NCBI GenBank assembly: GCA_018267055.1
Contig: JAFDZF010000120.1
Location: forward strand, 4,416 to 68,415
From: Bacteroidota bacterium
Lineage (GTDB): Bacteria > Bacteroidota > Bacteroidia > Flavobacteriales_F > PHOS-HE28
Length of the DNA stretch: 64,000 bases
Direction of reading: 5' to 3'
The notes beneath the pieces were generated by a model, which saw only the letters and a list, made by a program, of their open reading frames with translations, made no database searches and was not told the origin of the DNA. The translations under genes and the position numbers were made by a program. Of this stretch, positions 18,160 through 28,285 are shown in pieces (within the stretch, counting starts at the first letter, position 1; each line of letters begins with the position of its first letter).

Positions 18160-19566
18160 CTACAAAAGCGCGTTCATCATGGCGGGGATAAGGTCCTTCT
18201 TCAGGTCCTGCGCGGCCTTTTTGTAGGCGTCGAGCCCGGCCTTGGGATAGGTGAGCTGGATGCCCTTCACGCCCTGGCGGCCGCCCTCGTAGATGGTGTC
18301 GCCCGTGCGGCGGTCCTTGAAGCTGAAGGCCACGTCCAGGTAGGCGGTGAAGAAGCCGCTGGCCTCGCCGCCCTCGCGGGTGGAGGCGGTCACGTTCATG
18401 CTCATGTCGGCGTCCGCGGCGCGCTCCACGAAGCGGAAGCCCTTCCGGGTGAGCTCCTCTTTCAGGCCCAGGGCCACGCCCGCATCGGCCACCGGCTGGC
18501 CCATGTTGCTCTCCGTGGCCTGGATGAACACGCGCGGCATCACCCGGTCGATGGCCACGTGCAGCTCGGGCACGGTGAGGCTGCCGATGAGCGGCCGGGT
18601 GAAGGTGGCGTCCAGGTCCTTGCTCACCAGCGCGTCCACGTCCAGGCGGACCAGCAGCTCGGGGGCGGGGGTGTCGAGGTCCACGCGCTGCACGGTGGTG
18701 CGGGCCCGGCCCTCGGTGTCGGTGTTCCTGGTCTCGGTGACCTTGCCGGTGAGGCCGGGGTAGCCCATGGCGAGCGGCAGCTGGGCCAGGTCGCGCGTGC
18801 CTCCATTGCCGGCGTAGGCGGCGGAGATGAGCAGCTCCCGCTTGAAGCGATTGCCGTAGTTCAGCTCGCAGCGCTCGGGCAGCACGCTCAGGCGCACGCC
18901 GCTGGTGAGCCGCTGCAGGTCGTTGAACACCTCGTTGGCCAGGGGCACGTCGCGGCCGTCCACGCTCACCTGGTCGCTCTCGCCCCAATACTCCTTCATG
19001 GCGATGAGGGCGCGCAGGTCCTGGTCGAAGGCGCTCTTGAGGTCGCCCGCGGCGAGGCTCTGGCGCGCGCGCTGGTACAGGTCGGTGGCCTGGGCGATGG
19101 CCTTGCGCTTCCGCTCCGCCTTGATGCGCGCATGCTCGGCCTTGTTCAGCCGGTAGTAGATCCAGTACTCGTTGGCGTTCTCGTAGCTGTCCACCAGCTC
19201 ATAGCCTTCGAGCTGCTCGTTGGTGCGCGTGTTGATGGTGCTGGTGAACTCCTCGTCGAACTTGTACTTGCGGTCCAGGGTGTACAGCAGGCTGTTGCCT
19301 TCCACCTTCACGCTGATCTCGCTGGCGAGGTCGTTCAGGGCGTTCTTCTTCGCGGTCTCCTGGTAGTCGGGCCGCGTCTTGGGGCAGAGGCCGATGCCCA
19401 CGTAGTCCGCGTCGCTGATCGGGCGCGACCGTACCCAGGCCGGGCGCTCGGCCCCGGCGTCCACGGGCCGTTCGGCCGGCGTGACGGGCTGTTTGGCCTT
19501 GCATCCGCCCAGCAGGGCCAGCACGAGGAGGGCCTGCACGGCGTGCGGCGCGCGGGGGATCGGCAT
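18160..19566 (-). CDS. LPP20-family lipoprotein with large C-terminal extension
   Basis: Lipobox LALLGGC. The LPP20 signature is PAWVRSRP...YVGIG......TAKKNALNDLASEISVKVEG. The start codon shares one nt with the upstream stop (TGATG at 19564-19568). Confidence 0.7.
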   Translation of the reverse strand: MPIPRAPHAVQALLVLALLGGCKAKQPVTPAERPVDAGAERPAWVRSRPISDADYVGIGLCPKTRPDYQETAKKNALNDLASEISVKVEGNSLLYTLDRKYKFDEEFTSTINTRTNEQLEGYELVDSYENANEYWIYYRLNKAEHARIKAERKRKAIAQATDLYQRARQSLAAGDLKSAFDQDLRALIAMKEYWGESDQVSVDGRDVPLANEVFNDLQRLTSGVRLSVLPERCELNYGNRFKRELLISAAYAGNGGTRDLAQLPLAMGYPGLTGKVTETRNTDTEGRARTTVQRVDLDTPAPELLVRLDVDALVSKDLDATFTRPLIGSLTVPELHVAIDRVMPRVFIQATESNMGQPVADAGVALGLKEELTRKGFRFVERAADADMSMNVTASTREGGEASGFFTAYLDVAFSFKDRRTGDTIYEGGRQGVKGIQLTYPKAGLDAYKKAAQDLKKDLIPAMMNALL

Positions 19567-20948
19567 CAGGGGAGCTTGCTGGCGAGTTCCTGTTGGATGG
19601 TGGCGGCCATGCCCGAGCAGGAGGAGCGGAGCAGCTCATTGCCGAGCACGGTGGTGGATTTCACCTCGCGGGAGCCGTTCAGCAGGCCGTTCAGTTCCCG
19701 GCGGGCGTTGTTGCTGGTGTTCACCACGCCGTTCGCCATGGGGAAGAGCGCGGCCTTGTTGCCGTCGTAGCTGGCGTACCACGCGTGGTCCTCGGTCTGC
19801 TTGTCCACCACCTTGCTCATCAGCACCTGGCCCGTTTCCAGCGAGACCAGCTTGTAGCTGTAGGAGATGGTGACCTTGTTCTCCTGGTAGTACTCGGTGT
19901 ATTTCACCGGCTTGTACCGGGTCACGTACTGGTACTCCTGCGTCTCCTTGTTCAGCTGCTTCACCTGGTAGCTCTCGAAGCCGTCCTTGGTGCTGCGGCG
20001 GAGGCTGCCCGGGTCCTCGCGGTATTCGATGAGGGTGCCCATGAGCACGGCCTGCGCGCCCATGAGCTTGCCGGCGCTCACGGCGGTCTGCTCGTCCACC
20101 ACGCCGCTCATGCCCAGGCGCTGCTCGTCCAGGATGCGCTGGATGTTCTCGCGGTCCACCACGCTGAGGAAGGGGTCGTCCACCTCGGTGAGGGCCGTGG
20201 TGGCATAGGCTTGCACCGTGGCGGCCTGGGCCTTGCGGTCGCTGGGGCCGCTGAAGGGCAGCACGGCGATGGCGTAGCGCCCCTTGTCCACGGCCTGCTG
20301 GCGCAAGGCCCCGGCATCCTTGTAAGCGGCGTCCTTCTTCACCACCTTGTCCAGGTCGGTATAGGCCGCGCGGTACTTGCCGCCTTCCAGGGCGTCCTTG
20401 CCTGAGCGGTAGAGCGGCTCCAGGTAGGCCACGTTCTGCAGGCTGCCGGCATCCTTGTAGCCCGGCTCCAGTCGGCCGATCTTGGCGAAGAGCGCTTCCG
20501 CCGCCTTGTAGTCCTGCTTGGCCAGCAGGTCCTGTCCCTGCGTGTACAGCTCCACCAGGTATTCACCTTTCACCTGGTCGAAGTCGGCCTTGTAGCTGTC
20601 GGGGATGTCCAGGACGACACCGGCCCGCTGCACACGGTCCGCATAGTTCCGCGCGTCCAGGTAGGCGTTCACCGCGTCCTCCTTCCGGCCGCCCACGCTG
20701 AAGGCCTTGAAGAAGGTGCTCAACTTGTCGTTGAGCAGCTGCTGGCCGGTCTTCTTCAGGCCGATCTTGGCGTCCACGTTCTTGGCGTTGCGGACGGCGC
20801 TCTGGAGGTACATGTCCGCCGCCTCCGCGTACAGGCCGCCGGCCTCCAGCTTGGCGGCTTTCTTGGAGAAGGACTTCGAGCCGGAGCAGGCCACGCCGAG
20901 CGTGAGCACGACCGCCGCGGACAAAAGGGGCGAAGCGAGGGGCTTCAT
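19566..20948 (-). CDS. TPR-repeat + CsgG/HfaB-like domain lipoprotein
   Basis: Signal/lipobox LTLGVAC. TPR-like helical repeats come first. The C-terminal half has IAVLPFSG...LSVVDRENIQRILDEQRLGMSGVVDEQTAVSAGKLMGAQAVLMGTL, the CsgG-family signature. Confidence 0.7.
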   Translation of the reverse strand: MKPLASPLLSAAVVLTLGVACSGSKSFSKKAAKLEAGGLYAEAADMYLQSAVRNAKNVDAKIGLKKTGQQLLNDKLSTFFKAFSVGGRKEDAVNAYLDARNYADRVQRAGVVLDIPDSYKADFDQVKGEYLVELYTQGQDLLAKQDYKAAEALFAKIGRLEPGYKDAGSLQNVAYLEPLYRSGKDALEGGKYRAAYTDLDKVVKKDAAYKDAGALRQQAVDKGRYAIAVLPFSGPSDRKAQAATVQAYATTALTEVDDPFLSVVDRENIQRILDEQRLGMSGVVDEQTAVSAGKLMGAQAVLMGTLIEYREDPGSLRRSTKDGFESYQVKQLNKETQEYQYVTRYKPVKYTEYYQENKVTISYSYKLVSLETGQVLMSKVVDKQTEDHAWYASYDGNKAALFPMANGVVNTSNNARRELNGLLNGSREVKSTTVLGNELLRSSCSGMAATIQQELASKLP

Positions 20949-20976
20949 CGGGTGGTGGATGGAGGGGGCCGCCGGA

Positions 20977-21993
20977 TCAGCGGGACTGGATGTACTGGTT
21001 CAGCTCGTCCACCGAGCTCTCGAACCCGAACACGTCGTTCACCTTGTAGTAGTTGCCGATGTCGAAGGTGTGGTCATAGGCGAACTTGGCGAAATCCAGC
21101 TTGCTGTCCTCGAAGCCGAAGAGCTGCATGATGCCCTTCACCTGCGCGGTGGTGAAGCAATGGTCGCGCCCGATCTGCTTGGCCAGGGTCATCTTGGTGT
21201 CCTCGAAGCCCTTCCGCTCGATGCTCTTCTTGGCGTCGGCGAAGTCGCCGTCGCTCATCGGGTAGCCGCAGCCCACGGGACCGTTGTAGCCGGCCATGTG
21301 GTAGGCGGGGCGCTCGGTGGGGGGCGCCGGGGCCTCCGCCGTCTCCACCGGGCGGCCGGGTTGGTCCACCGTGCGGGTGCTGGTCCGTGTCACCGTGGTG
21401 GTCGTGGTGGTCTTCGTGGTGGTGGTGCCGGTGCCCGTGCCATCGGTGAAGCCCATGGTCATGTTCACCCCGTTGATGCCGACGTTCATGTTCACGTTGT
21501 CACCGCTCCCGCCGGTGGTCTCCTCGGTCACCGTGGTCGTGGTGGTGCCGCTGCCGCCGGTGCCGCTTTCCGCCGGGGCGGTGGGCGCGTCGTCGTCAGT
21601 GAAGCTGCCGGGCTTGGGCTTGTCCGGGGTGCCGGCCACCGTGGTGCCCAGCGGGGCTTGGCCCTGCATGCGGAACACGTGCTCGCCCTTCTTGTTGGTG
21701 GAGATGCGGATGGTGTATTCCACGCCGGGCTCCATCCAGGCGTTCTGCTTGATGGGGGCCGCGCCGGCATCGGCGAAGCGCACCAGCAGCAGCGGGGTGG
21801 CGTTCTTGATGCCCGTGGCCACCACGCGCGAGGCCGGCGTCTCGTTCTTCACGTCCCCGTCGATCACCAGGGTGAACTTCTCGCCCATCTCGGAGAACAC
21901 GACGATGTCGCTGGTGCGGGCGGCGTCCGATTGCGCCTGCATGGAAGCGGCGCAAAGGCCCGATGCCAGTACGAAAGCGGAGAGACGAAGCAT
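20977..21993 (-). CDS. secreted DUF4476-domain protein with Thr-rich linker
   Basis: ATG 21993 gives MLRLSAFVLASGLCAASMQAQ. A Thr/Gly low-complexity linker follows. The C-terminal segment DGDFADAKKSIERKGFEDTKMTLAKQI...FAYDHTFDIGNYYKVNDVFGFESS matches my recollection of DUF4476. Confidence 0.65.
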   Translation of the reverse strand: MLRLSAFVLASGLCAASMQAQSDAARTSDIVVFSEMGEKFTLVIDGDVKNETPASRVVATGIKNATPLLLVRFADAGAAPIKQNAWMEPGVEYTIRISTNKKGEHVFRMQGQAPLGTTVAGTPDKPKPGSFTDDDAPTAPAESGTGGSGTTTTTVTEETTGGSGDNVNMNVGINGVNMTMGFTDGTGTGTTTTKTTTTTTVTRTSTRTVDQPGRPVETAEAPAPPTERPAYHMAGYNGPVGCGYPMSDGDFADAKKSIERKGFEDTKMTLAKQIGRDHCFTTAQVKGIMQLFGFEDSKLDFAKFAYDHTFDIGNYYKVNDVFGFESSVDELNQYIQSR

Positions 21994-22015
21994 GGTGGGG
22001 TGGGGGTTCACGTTG

Positions 22016-22023
22016 CGAATGTA
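22016..22023 (-). promoter_or_regulatory. -7-like box TACATTCG (revcomp of CGAATGTA) for the DUF4476/CsgG-like/LPP20 operon
   Basis: It lies 22 nt upstream of the ATG at 21993. It is the only such box I found upstream of the four-gene cluster. Confidence 0.45.
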
Positions 22024-22198
22024 GCTGCGCGCTCCATCAGGCAAGGGGTGTGCCAAGCGCGGGGGAACGCAGGCCCGGCGCGCCCTGGCCCCGGGGCCAT
22101 CCTTGTCCATGCACCGGTGAGCGGAGGCGGCCTTCGCGCCGGTGGCCCCGGGGACCGACCGTTCATGTAAGGCGCCTTCCCCGGCCGGGCCGCCCCGG

Positions 22199-22206
22199 TA
22201 CTTTCG
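22199..22206 (+). promoter_or_regulatory. -7-like box TACTTTCG for the ABC exporter operon
   Basis: It lies 18 nt upstream of the ATG at 22225. Confidence 0.5.
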
Positions 22207-22224
22207 TACCTCCCGATCCGTGCC

Positions 22225-22929
<705 letters not shown>

Positions 22930-23000
22930 GGGATCCCCCGGCCGTCCATCGCCCGTTGCCCGGTCGGCATGGGGACGGCCTGGCCGGCAACCAATGACCG

Positions 23001-24251
23001 ATGCCCATGTTCGATAGGGAGAAGTGGGCGGAGATCTTCGACACCATCGGCAAGAACAAGTTGCGGACGGTGCTCACCGGCTTCAGCGTGTTCTGGGGCA
23101 TCTTCATGCTCATGATCCTGCTCGGCGCCGGCCGCGGCCTGAGCAACGGCTTCGCCTACAACTTCAAGAACACCGCCGAGAACACCATCATGTTCTGGGG
23201 CGGGCGGACGAGCAAGCCCTGGCAGGGGCTACCCGTGGACCGGACCATCCAGCTGGACACGCGCGACGTGGAGATCATCCGCACGGCGGTGCCCGGGCTG
23301 CAGCACATCGCCGGCGAGTACCGCGTGTGGCGCGGCGAGAGCCAGCTGAGCCGCGGCAAGCAGTACGGCAACTTCACCATCAACGGGGTGCTGCCCGAGA
23401 GCCGGTACCTGGAGAAGCAGGTGATGCTGGAGGGCCGCTTCATCAATGAGGTGGACCAGGAGCAGACGCGCAAGGTGATCGTGATCGCGCCGGACTGCCG
23501 CGATGCCTTGTTCAAGGGCGAGGACCCGATCGACCAGTGGGTGCAGGTGAACGGCATCCCCTTCCAGGTGGTGGGCCTATACGAGTGGGAGAGCGGCGGC
23601 CGCGGGCAGAACCAGAGCAGCCAGGTCTTCATCCCCCTCAGCGTGGCGCAGCGCGTGTTCAACGCGGAACAGGACGTGGACAAGATCACCTTCAGCTTCT
23701 CCGACGCTTCGCTGGAAGGCTCCAAGCGCGCGCAGGCGCGGGCGGTCGCGGCGCTCGCGGCCCGCCACCGCTTCGATCCCACGGACGAGCGGGCGCTGTG
23801 GGCGAACAACAACGTGGAGAACGCGGCCATGTTCGGCCAGGTGTTCGGCGGCATCAACGCCTTCCTCTGGATCATCGGCATCGGCACCATCGTGGCGGGC
23901 ATCGTGGGGGTGAGCAACATCATGCTGATCGTGGTGAAGGAGCGCACCAAGGAGATCGGCATCCGCAAGGCCATCGGCGCCACGCCCGGCAACGTGGTGG
24001 GCCAGATCATGATGGAGGCGCTCTTCGTCACCGGCATGGCGGGCTACTTCGGCCTGGTGTGCGGGGTGGGCCTGATGGAAGGCCTGTCCAAGGTGATCCC
24101 GGGCTCGGAGATGTTCCGCGACCCGTCCGTCGACATCGGCGTGGCCCTGTGGGCGACCCTGGCCCTGGTGGTCGCGGGGGGCTTCGCCGGCCTGATCCCG
24201 GCGCGCCGCGCGGCCGCCATCCGTCCCATCGAAGCCCTCCGCGAGGAGTAA
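23001..24251 (+). CDS. ABC transporter permease, MacB-like (MacB periplasmic domain + FtsX)
   Basis: 416 aa. It has an N-terminal TM helix (NKLRTVLTGFSVFWGIFMLM), a large periplasmic domain, and a C-terminal FtsX 3-TM bundle (ERTKEIGIRKAIGA). An alternative ATG lies at 23007. Confidence 0.9.
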   Translation: MPMFDREKWAEIFDTIGKNKLRTVLTGFSVFWGIFMLMILLGAGRGLSNGFAYNFKNTAENTIMFWGGRTSKPWQGLPVDRTIQLDTRDVEIIRTAVPGLQHIAGEYRVWRGESQLSRGKQYGNFTINGVLPESRYLEKQVMLEGRFINEVDQEQTRKVIVIAPDCRDALFKGEDPIDQWVQVNGIPFQVVGLYEWESGGRGQNQSSQVFIPLSVAQRVFNAEQDVDKITFSFSDASLEGSKRAQARAVAALAARHRFDPTDERALWANNNVENAAMFGQVFGGINAFLWIIGIGTIVAGIVGVSNIMLIVVKERTKEIGIRKAIGATPGNVVGQIMMEALFVTGMAGYFGLVCGVGLMEGLSKVIPGSEMFRDPSVDIGVALWATLALVVAGGFAGLIPARRAAAIRPIEALREE

Positions 24252-24255
24252 CGCC

Positions 24256-25503
24256 ATGTTCGACCGCGACCGCTGGAGCGAGATCTGGATGACGCTGAGC
24301 CGCAACAAGCTCCGCAGCTTCCTCACCATGTTCGGCGTGGGGTGGGGCATCTTCATGCTGGTGGTGATGCTGGGCATGGGGCGCGGCCTGAGCAATGGCG
24401 TTCTCGCCGGCTTCGAAGGCTGGGCCACCAACAGCTGCTTCATGTGGACGCAGACCACCTCGCTGCCTTACGCGGGCTTCAAGCGGGGGCGCCACTTCAA
24501 CTTCGACAACAGCGACATCGCGGCCATCAGGGCCGTGGAAGGCGTGGACAAGGTGGCCCCGCGGCTGCAGCTCGGCGGCTGGCGCGGCGCCAACAACGTG
24601 ACCTACGGCAACAAGAGCGGCGGCTTCAACGTGAACGGCGACATGCCCGAGGTGCTGCACTTCCAGGCCGCCAACATCCCCGAGGGCCGTTTCCTCAACG
24701 AGAAGGACATCCGCGACGAGCGCAAGGTCTGCGTCATCGGCCCCAAGGTGGTGGACATGCTCTTCGGCAAGGAGGACCCCCTGGGCAAGTACATCCGCAT
24801 CCAGGGCGTCTACTTCCAGGTGGTGGGCGTGCACGCGCCCAAGGCCTCGGCCGACCACGATGAAGGGCAGACCAGCACCATCTTCATCCCCTTCAGCACC
24901 TTCCAGAAGGCCTTCAACAGCATGAACCTGGTGCACTGGTTCAGCATCAGCGGCAAGGAGGGCGTGCAGGTGGCCGACATCGAGCAGAAGGTGAAGCGCC
25001 TCATGGCCAAGCGCCACAAGGTGGACCCCGAGGACCCGCTGGCCTTCGGCAGCTGGAACATGCAGGAGTTCTACGGGCAGATGAACATGCTGTTCGTGGC
25101 CATCGCGGGCATCAGCTGGTTCGTGGGCACGCTCACCCTCATCGCGGGGGTCATCGGCATCAGCAACATCATGCTGGTGATCGTGAAGGAGCGCACCAAG
25201 GAGATCGGCATCCGGCGCAGCCTCGGCGCCCGGCCGTCCGTCATCACCGGCCAGATCGTGCTGGAGGCCCTCACCCTCACCTTCATCGCCGGCTACTTCG
25301 GGCTGCTGGCCGGGGTGGGCCTGCTCGAGGGCATCCGGGTGGCCATGAGCAAGAGCGACGGCTTCTTCAAGAACCCCGAGGTGGACCTCCCCGTGGCCGT
25401 GGTGGCCCTCTCCGTGCTCATCGTCAGCGGCCTCATCGCCGGGCTCATCCCCGCGCGCCGCGCCCTCAGCATCAAACCCGTGGACGCCCTGCGCGCCGAC
25501 TAG
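24256..25503 (+). CDS. ABC transporter permease, MacB-like (second paralogue)
   Basis: Same architecture as the preceding gene (MFDRDRWSEIW..., ERTKEIGIRRSLGA). It starts 4 nt after the upstream stop. Confidence 0.9.
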   Translation: MFDRDRWSEIWMTLSRNKLRSFLTMFGVGWGIFMLVVMLGMGRGLSNGVLAGFEGWATNSCFMWTQTTSLPYAGFKRGRHFNFDNSDIAAIRAVEGVDKVAPRLQLGGWRGANNVTYGNKSGGFNVNGDMPEVLHFQAANIPEGRFLNEKDIRDERKVCVIGPKVVDMLFGKEDPLGKYIRIQGVYFQVVGVHAPKASADHDEGQTSTIFIPFSTFQKAFNSMNLVHWFSISGKEGVQVADIEQKVKRLMAKRHKVDPEDPLAFGSWNMQEFYGQMNMLFVAIAGISWFVGTLTLIAGVIGISNIMLVIVKERTKEIGIRRSLGARPSVITGQIVLEALTLTFIAGYFGLLAGVGLLEGIRVAMSKSDGFFKNPEVDLPVAVVALSVLIVSGLIAGLIPARRALSIKPVDALRAD

Positions 25504-25556
25504 CGTCCCACCGAACGAACCAGAAACCGCCATCGCCGACGCCTCGGCGCCCCCGC

Positions 25557-26678
25557 ATGAAACGCATCCTCAAGTACCTGCTGCTGATCCTCCTCGGCGT
25601 CCTCTTCATCTGGACCCTCTTCTTCCTCTACCGGAAGAGCGCGTCGAAGCCCCCGGTGTACAACCTGGAGAAGCCGAAGAAGACCACCATCGTGAAGAAG
25701 ACCGTGGCCAACGGCAGCATCGAGCCGCGGCAGGAGATCGCGATCAAGCCCGTGGTCAGCGGCATCATCCGCGAGCTCTACGTGGAGGCGGGCCAGCCGG
25801 TGAAGAAGGGCGACAAGCTGGCCACCATCCAGATCGTGCCCGACATGCTCTCGCTCAGCCAGGCCGAGAGCCGCGTGCGCAGCGCCGAGATCGGCGTGAG
25901 CAACGCCCAGCAGAACTACGACCGGAACAAGCCCCTGGTGGAGAAGGGCGTGATCGCCGCCAGCGAGATGCAGACCTACGACATCGCCCTGCGCAATGCG
26001 AAGCAGGAGCTCGACGCCGCCCAGGACGCCCTGCAGCTCGTGCGCGACGGCATCAGCAAGAGCAGCGGCAGTGCCACCAACACCATCGTGCGCAGCACCA
26101 TCGAAGGCATGGTGCTCGACGTGCCGGTGAAGGTGGGCACCAGCGTGATCGAGCGCAACAACTTCAACGAGGGCACCACCATCGCCACCGTGGCCGACAT
26201 GAAGGACCTCATCTTCAAGGGCAAGGTGGACGAGAGCGAGGTGGGCAAGGTGAAGCTGGGCATGCCCGTGCTGCTCACCGTGGGCGCCATCGACGGCGCG
26301 AAGTGGAACGCCGACCTGGAGTACATCGCCCCCAAGGGCGTGGAGGAGAGCGGCGCCATCCAGTTCGAGATCCGCGCCGCCGTGAAGCTCGAAGAGGGCC
26401 AGACCCTGCGCGCCGGCTACAGCGCCAATGCCGACATCGTGCTCGACCAGCGCGACAGCGTGATGGCCATCCCCGAGAGCGTGATCACCTTCAACGACAA
26501 GGGCGACAGCGCCTTCGTGGAGGTGAAGAACGGGGAAGGCTGGAAGAAGACCTACGTGAAGACCGGCCTCAGCGACGGCGTGAACATCGAGCTGCTCGGC
26601 GGCATCAGCGACACCACCCAGGTGAAAGGCGCCCTCAAGGTGGACAAGCCTGAAGGGGTGACGGTGCACATGGATTGA
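25557..26678 (+). CDS. efflux transporter periplasmic adaptor (HlyD/MacA/RND-MFP family)
   Basis: N-terminal TM anchor. Lipoyl-like hairpin (GIIRELYVEAGQPVKKGDKLATI), a coiled-coil segment, and beta-barrel/MP domains. Confidence 0.85.
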   Translation: MKRILKYLLLILLGVLFIWTLFFLYRKSASKPPVYNLEKPKKTTIVKKTVANGSIEPRQEIAIKPVVSGIIRELYVEAGQPVKKGDKLATIQIVPDMLSLSQAESRVRSAEIGVSNAQQNYDRNKPLVEKGVIAASEMQTYDIALRNAKQELDAAQDALQLVRDGISKSSGSATNTIVRSTIEGMVLDVPVKVGTSVIERNNFNEGTTIATVADMKDLIFKGKVDESEVGKVKLGMPVLLTVGAIDGAKWNADLEYIAPKGVEESGAIQFEIRAAVKLEEGQTLRAGYSANADIVLDQRDSVMAIPESVITFNDKGDSAFVEVKNGEGWKKTYVKTGLSDGVNIELLGGISDTTQVKGALKVDKPEGVTVHMD

Positions 26679-26729
26679 TCCTCGCCGTGCCGGGATAGCG
26701 GGTACGGCATTTCCAGGCAACTTCGCGTC

Positions 26730-28265
26730 ATGCTGCGATCCTCCCTCCTCCTCCTGGGCGCACTGGCGTTCCTCGCCGGGCATGGGCAGAAGGCCCCCGA
26801 CCTGGATTCGCTCGACGCCTACATCGCCCGTTCCGTGAAGGCCTTCGACCAGCCGGGCCTCGCGGTGGGCATCGTGAAGGACGGCAAGCTGATCTGGAGC
26901 AAGGGCTACGGCAAGCTCGACCTGGCCAAGCCGGACGCGGTGACGCCCAGCTCGGTGTTCTATTGCGCCAGCATCAGCAAGGCGTTCACCGCCTGCGCCA
27001 TCGGCCTGCTGGTGGACGAGGGCAAGCTGCGCTTCGACGACCCGGTGCGCAAGGTGCTGCCCTGGTTCTCCACCCCGAATCCCTATGTGAGCGAGCACAT
27101 GCTGGTGCGCGACCTGCTGTGCCACCGCAGCGGCTGGATCACCTTCGACGGCGACCTGCTCTGGTACGGCACGGACTACACGCAGCGCGAGATCCTCGAC
27201 CGCCACGCCCGTGAACCCTTCACCTACGAGTTCCGGAACACCTTCGGCTACAGCAACCTCATGCTGATCGCCGCCGCCCAGGTGGTGGAGGCCGCCAGCG
27301 GCATGTCCTGGGACCGCTTCATCACCACGCGCATCTTCCAGCCGCTGGGCATGGACCGCAGCCGCGTGGAGACGGCCGACCTGGCCGGCATGACCGACGT
27401 GGCCCTGCCGCACGTGCGCAAGGGGCAGGACCCGAAGGCCCCGCAGCGGAGCATGCCGTACCAGCCGCTGAAAGGGGCCGATGGCGCCTGCGGCGTGCTG
27501 AGCACGGTGACCGACCTGGCCAAGTGGGATGCCATGTGGATGAACGAGGGCAAGGTGGACGGCCGGTCGTTCCTGCAGGAGGCCACGTGGACCACGCTCA
27601 CCACCCCCCAGCTGAGCAACGAGGTGGGCGCTGCGGCGAACGGGAAGGGCCAGCACTTCAGCGGCACCGCCATGGGCTGGTTCACCAGCGACCGCTATGG
27701 GGCGAAGATCATCACGCACAGCGGCGGCATGCCGGGTTTCATCCTCAACCACGCCGTGGTGCCCGAGAAGGACCTAGCGGTGATCTGCCTGGGCAACGGC
27801 GAGTCGTCCTGCGTGTTCGCGATCACCAGCAAAGTGCTCGACGGCTACCTCGGTGAGGGGACCGCCGACCCCACGGCGCGCCTGGTGAAGGCCGCAGCGG
27901 AGAACACGGCCGAGGACGCCGCGCGCGTCGCGGCCCGCACCGCCGCCCGGGTGAAAGGCACCACGCCTTCCGTGAACCCCGCGGCCCTTGCCGGGACCTA
28001 TGTGGACAAGGTGTACGGCGAGGCCACCGTCCGCGAGGTGGGCGGCAAGCCCGTGCTCACCTTCACGCATGCCGCGGGACAGTTCACCGGCCCCCTGGAG
28101 CATTGGCATTACGACACGTGGAAGTGGGACCATGCGGACCCCTTCCTGGAGCCGGGCTACATCACCTTCTCGTTCGACGCCGACCACCAGGTCGCCGGCT
28201 TCACCATCGACCTGCACAGCCCGGACTTCCACTTCTGGAAGCTCGACTTCCGGAAGCAGCACTGA
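26730..28265 (+). CDS. serine hydrolase, class-C beta-lactamase/PBP-like family
   Basis: Signal peptide. SxxK (CASISKAF), YxN (GYSNLM), and HSGG in the KTG position. The C-terminal extra domain is DUF3471-like. Confidence 0.85.
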   Translation: MLRSSLLLLGALAFLAGHGQKAPDLDSLDAYIARSVKAFDQPGLAVGIVKDGKLIWSKGYGKLDLAKPDAVTPSSVFYCASISKAFTACAIGLLVDEGKLRFDDPVRKVLPWFSTPNPYVSEHMLVRDLLCHRSGWITFDGDLLWYGTDYTQREILDRHAREPFTYEFRNTFGYSNLMLIAAAQVVEAASGMSWDRFITTRIFQPLGMDRSRVETADLAGMTDVALPHVRKGQDPKAPQRSMPYQPLKGADGACGVLSTVTDLAKWDAMWMNEGKVDGRSFLQEATWTTLTTPQLSNEVGAAANGKGQHFSGTAMGWFTSDRYGAKIITHSGGMPGFILNHAVVPEKDLAVICLGNGESSCVFAITSKVLDGYLGEGTADPTARLVKAAAENTAEDAARVAARTAARVKGTTPSVNPAALAGTYVDKVYGEATVREVGGKPVLTFTHAAGQFTGPLEHWHYDTWKWDHADPFLEPGYITFSFDADHQVAGFTIDLHSPDFHFWKLDFRKQH

Positions 28266-28272
28266 GAGCCGC

Positions 28273-28280
28273 TAGCTTCG
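28273..28280 (+). promoter_or_regulatory. -7-like box TAGCTTCG for the GT-C-like membrane protein gene
   Basis: Only 5 nt separate the box from the ATG at 28286, which implies a leaderless or near-leaderless transcript. Confidence 0.45.
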
Positions 28281-28285
28281 CCGGG

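Noticed and set aside
17347-19770. An 807-aa plus-strand ORF opposite the lipoprotein operon. Similar giants lie at 3336-5552(+), 6908-8521(+), 10668-12251(-), 25500-27752(-), 37718-40222(-), 39313-40842(+) and 44819-46945(-).
   Set aside because: These are typical GC-rich antisense or out-of-frame shadows. The translations are dominated by A/G/R/H/V/L runs with no recognisable motifs, while the partner strand or frame in each case encodes a protein with clear family signatures.
21317-21600. GGT/GTG-rich repetitive DNA that might be taken for a tandem repeat or array
   Set aside because: It is the antisense of ACC-rich codons encoding the Thr/Gly low-complexity linker of the DUF4476-like protein. 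It is in frame and has no regular repeat-spacer periodicity. No CRISPR-like array was seen anywhere in the window.
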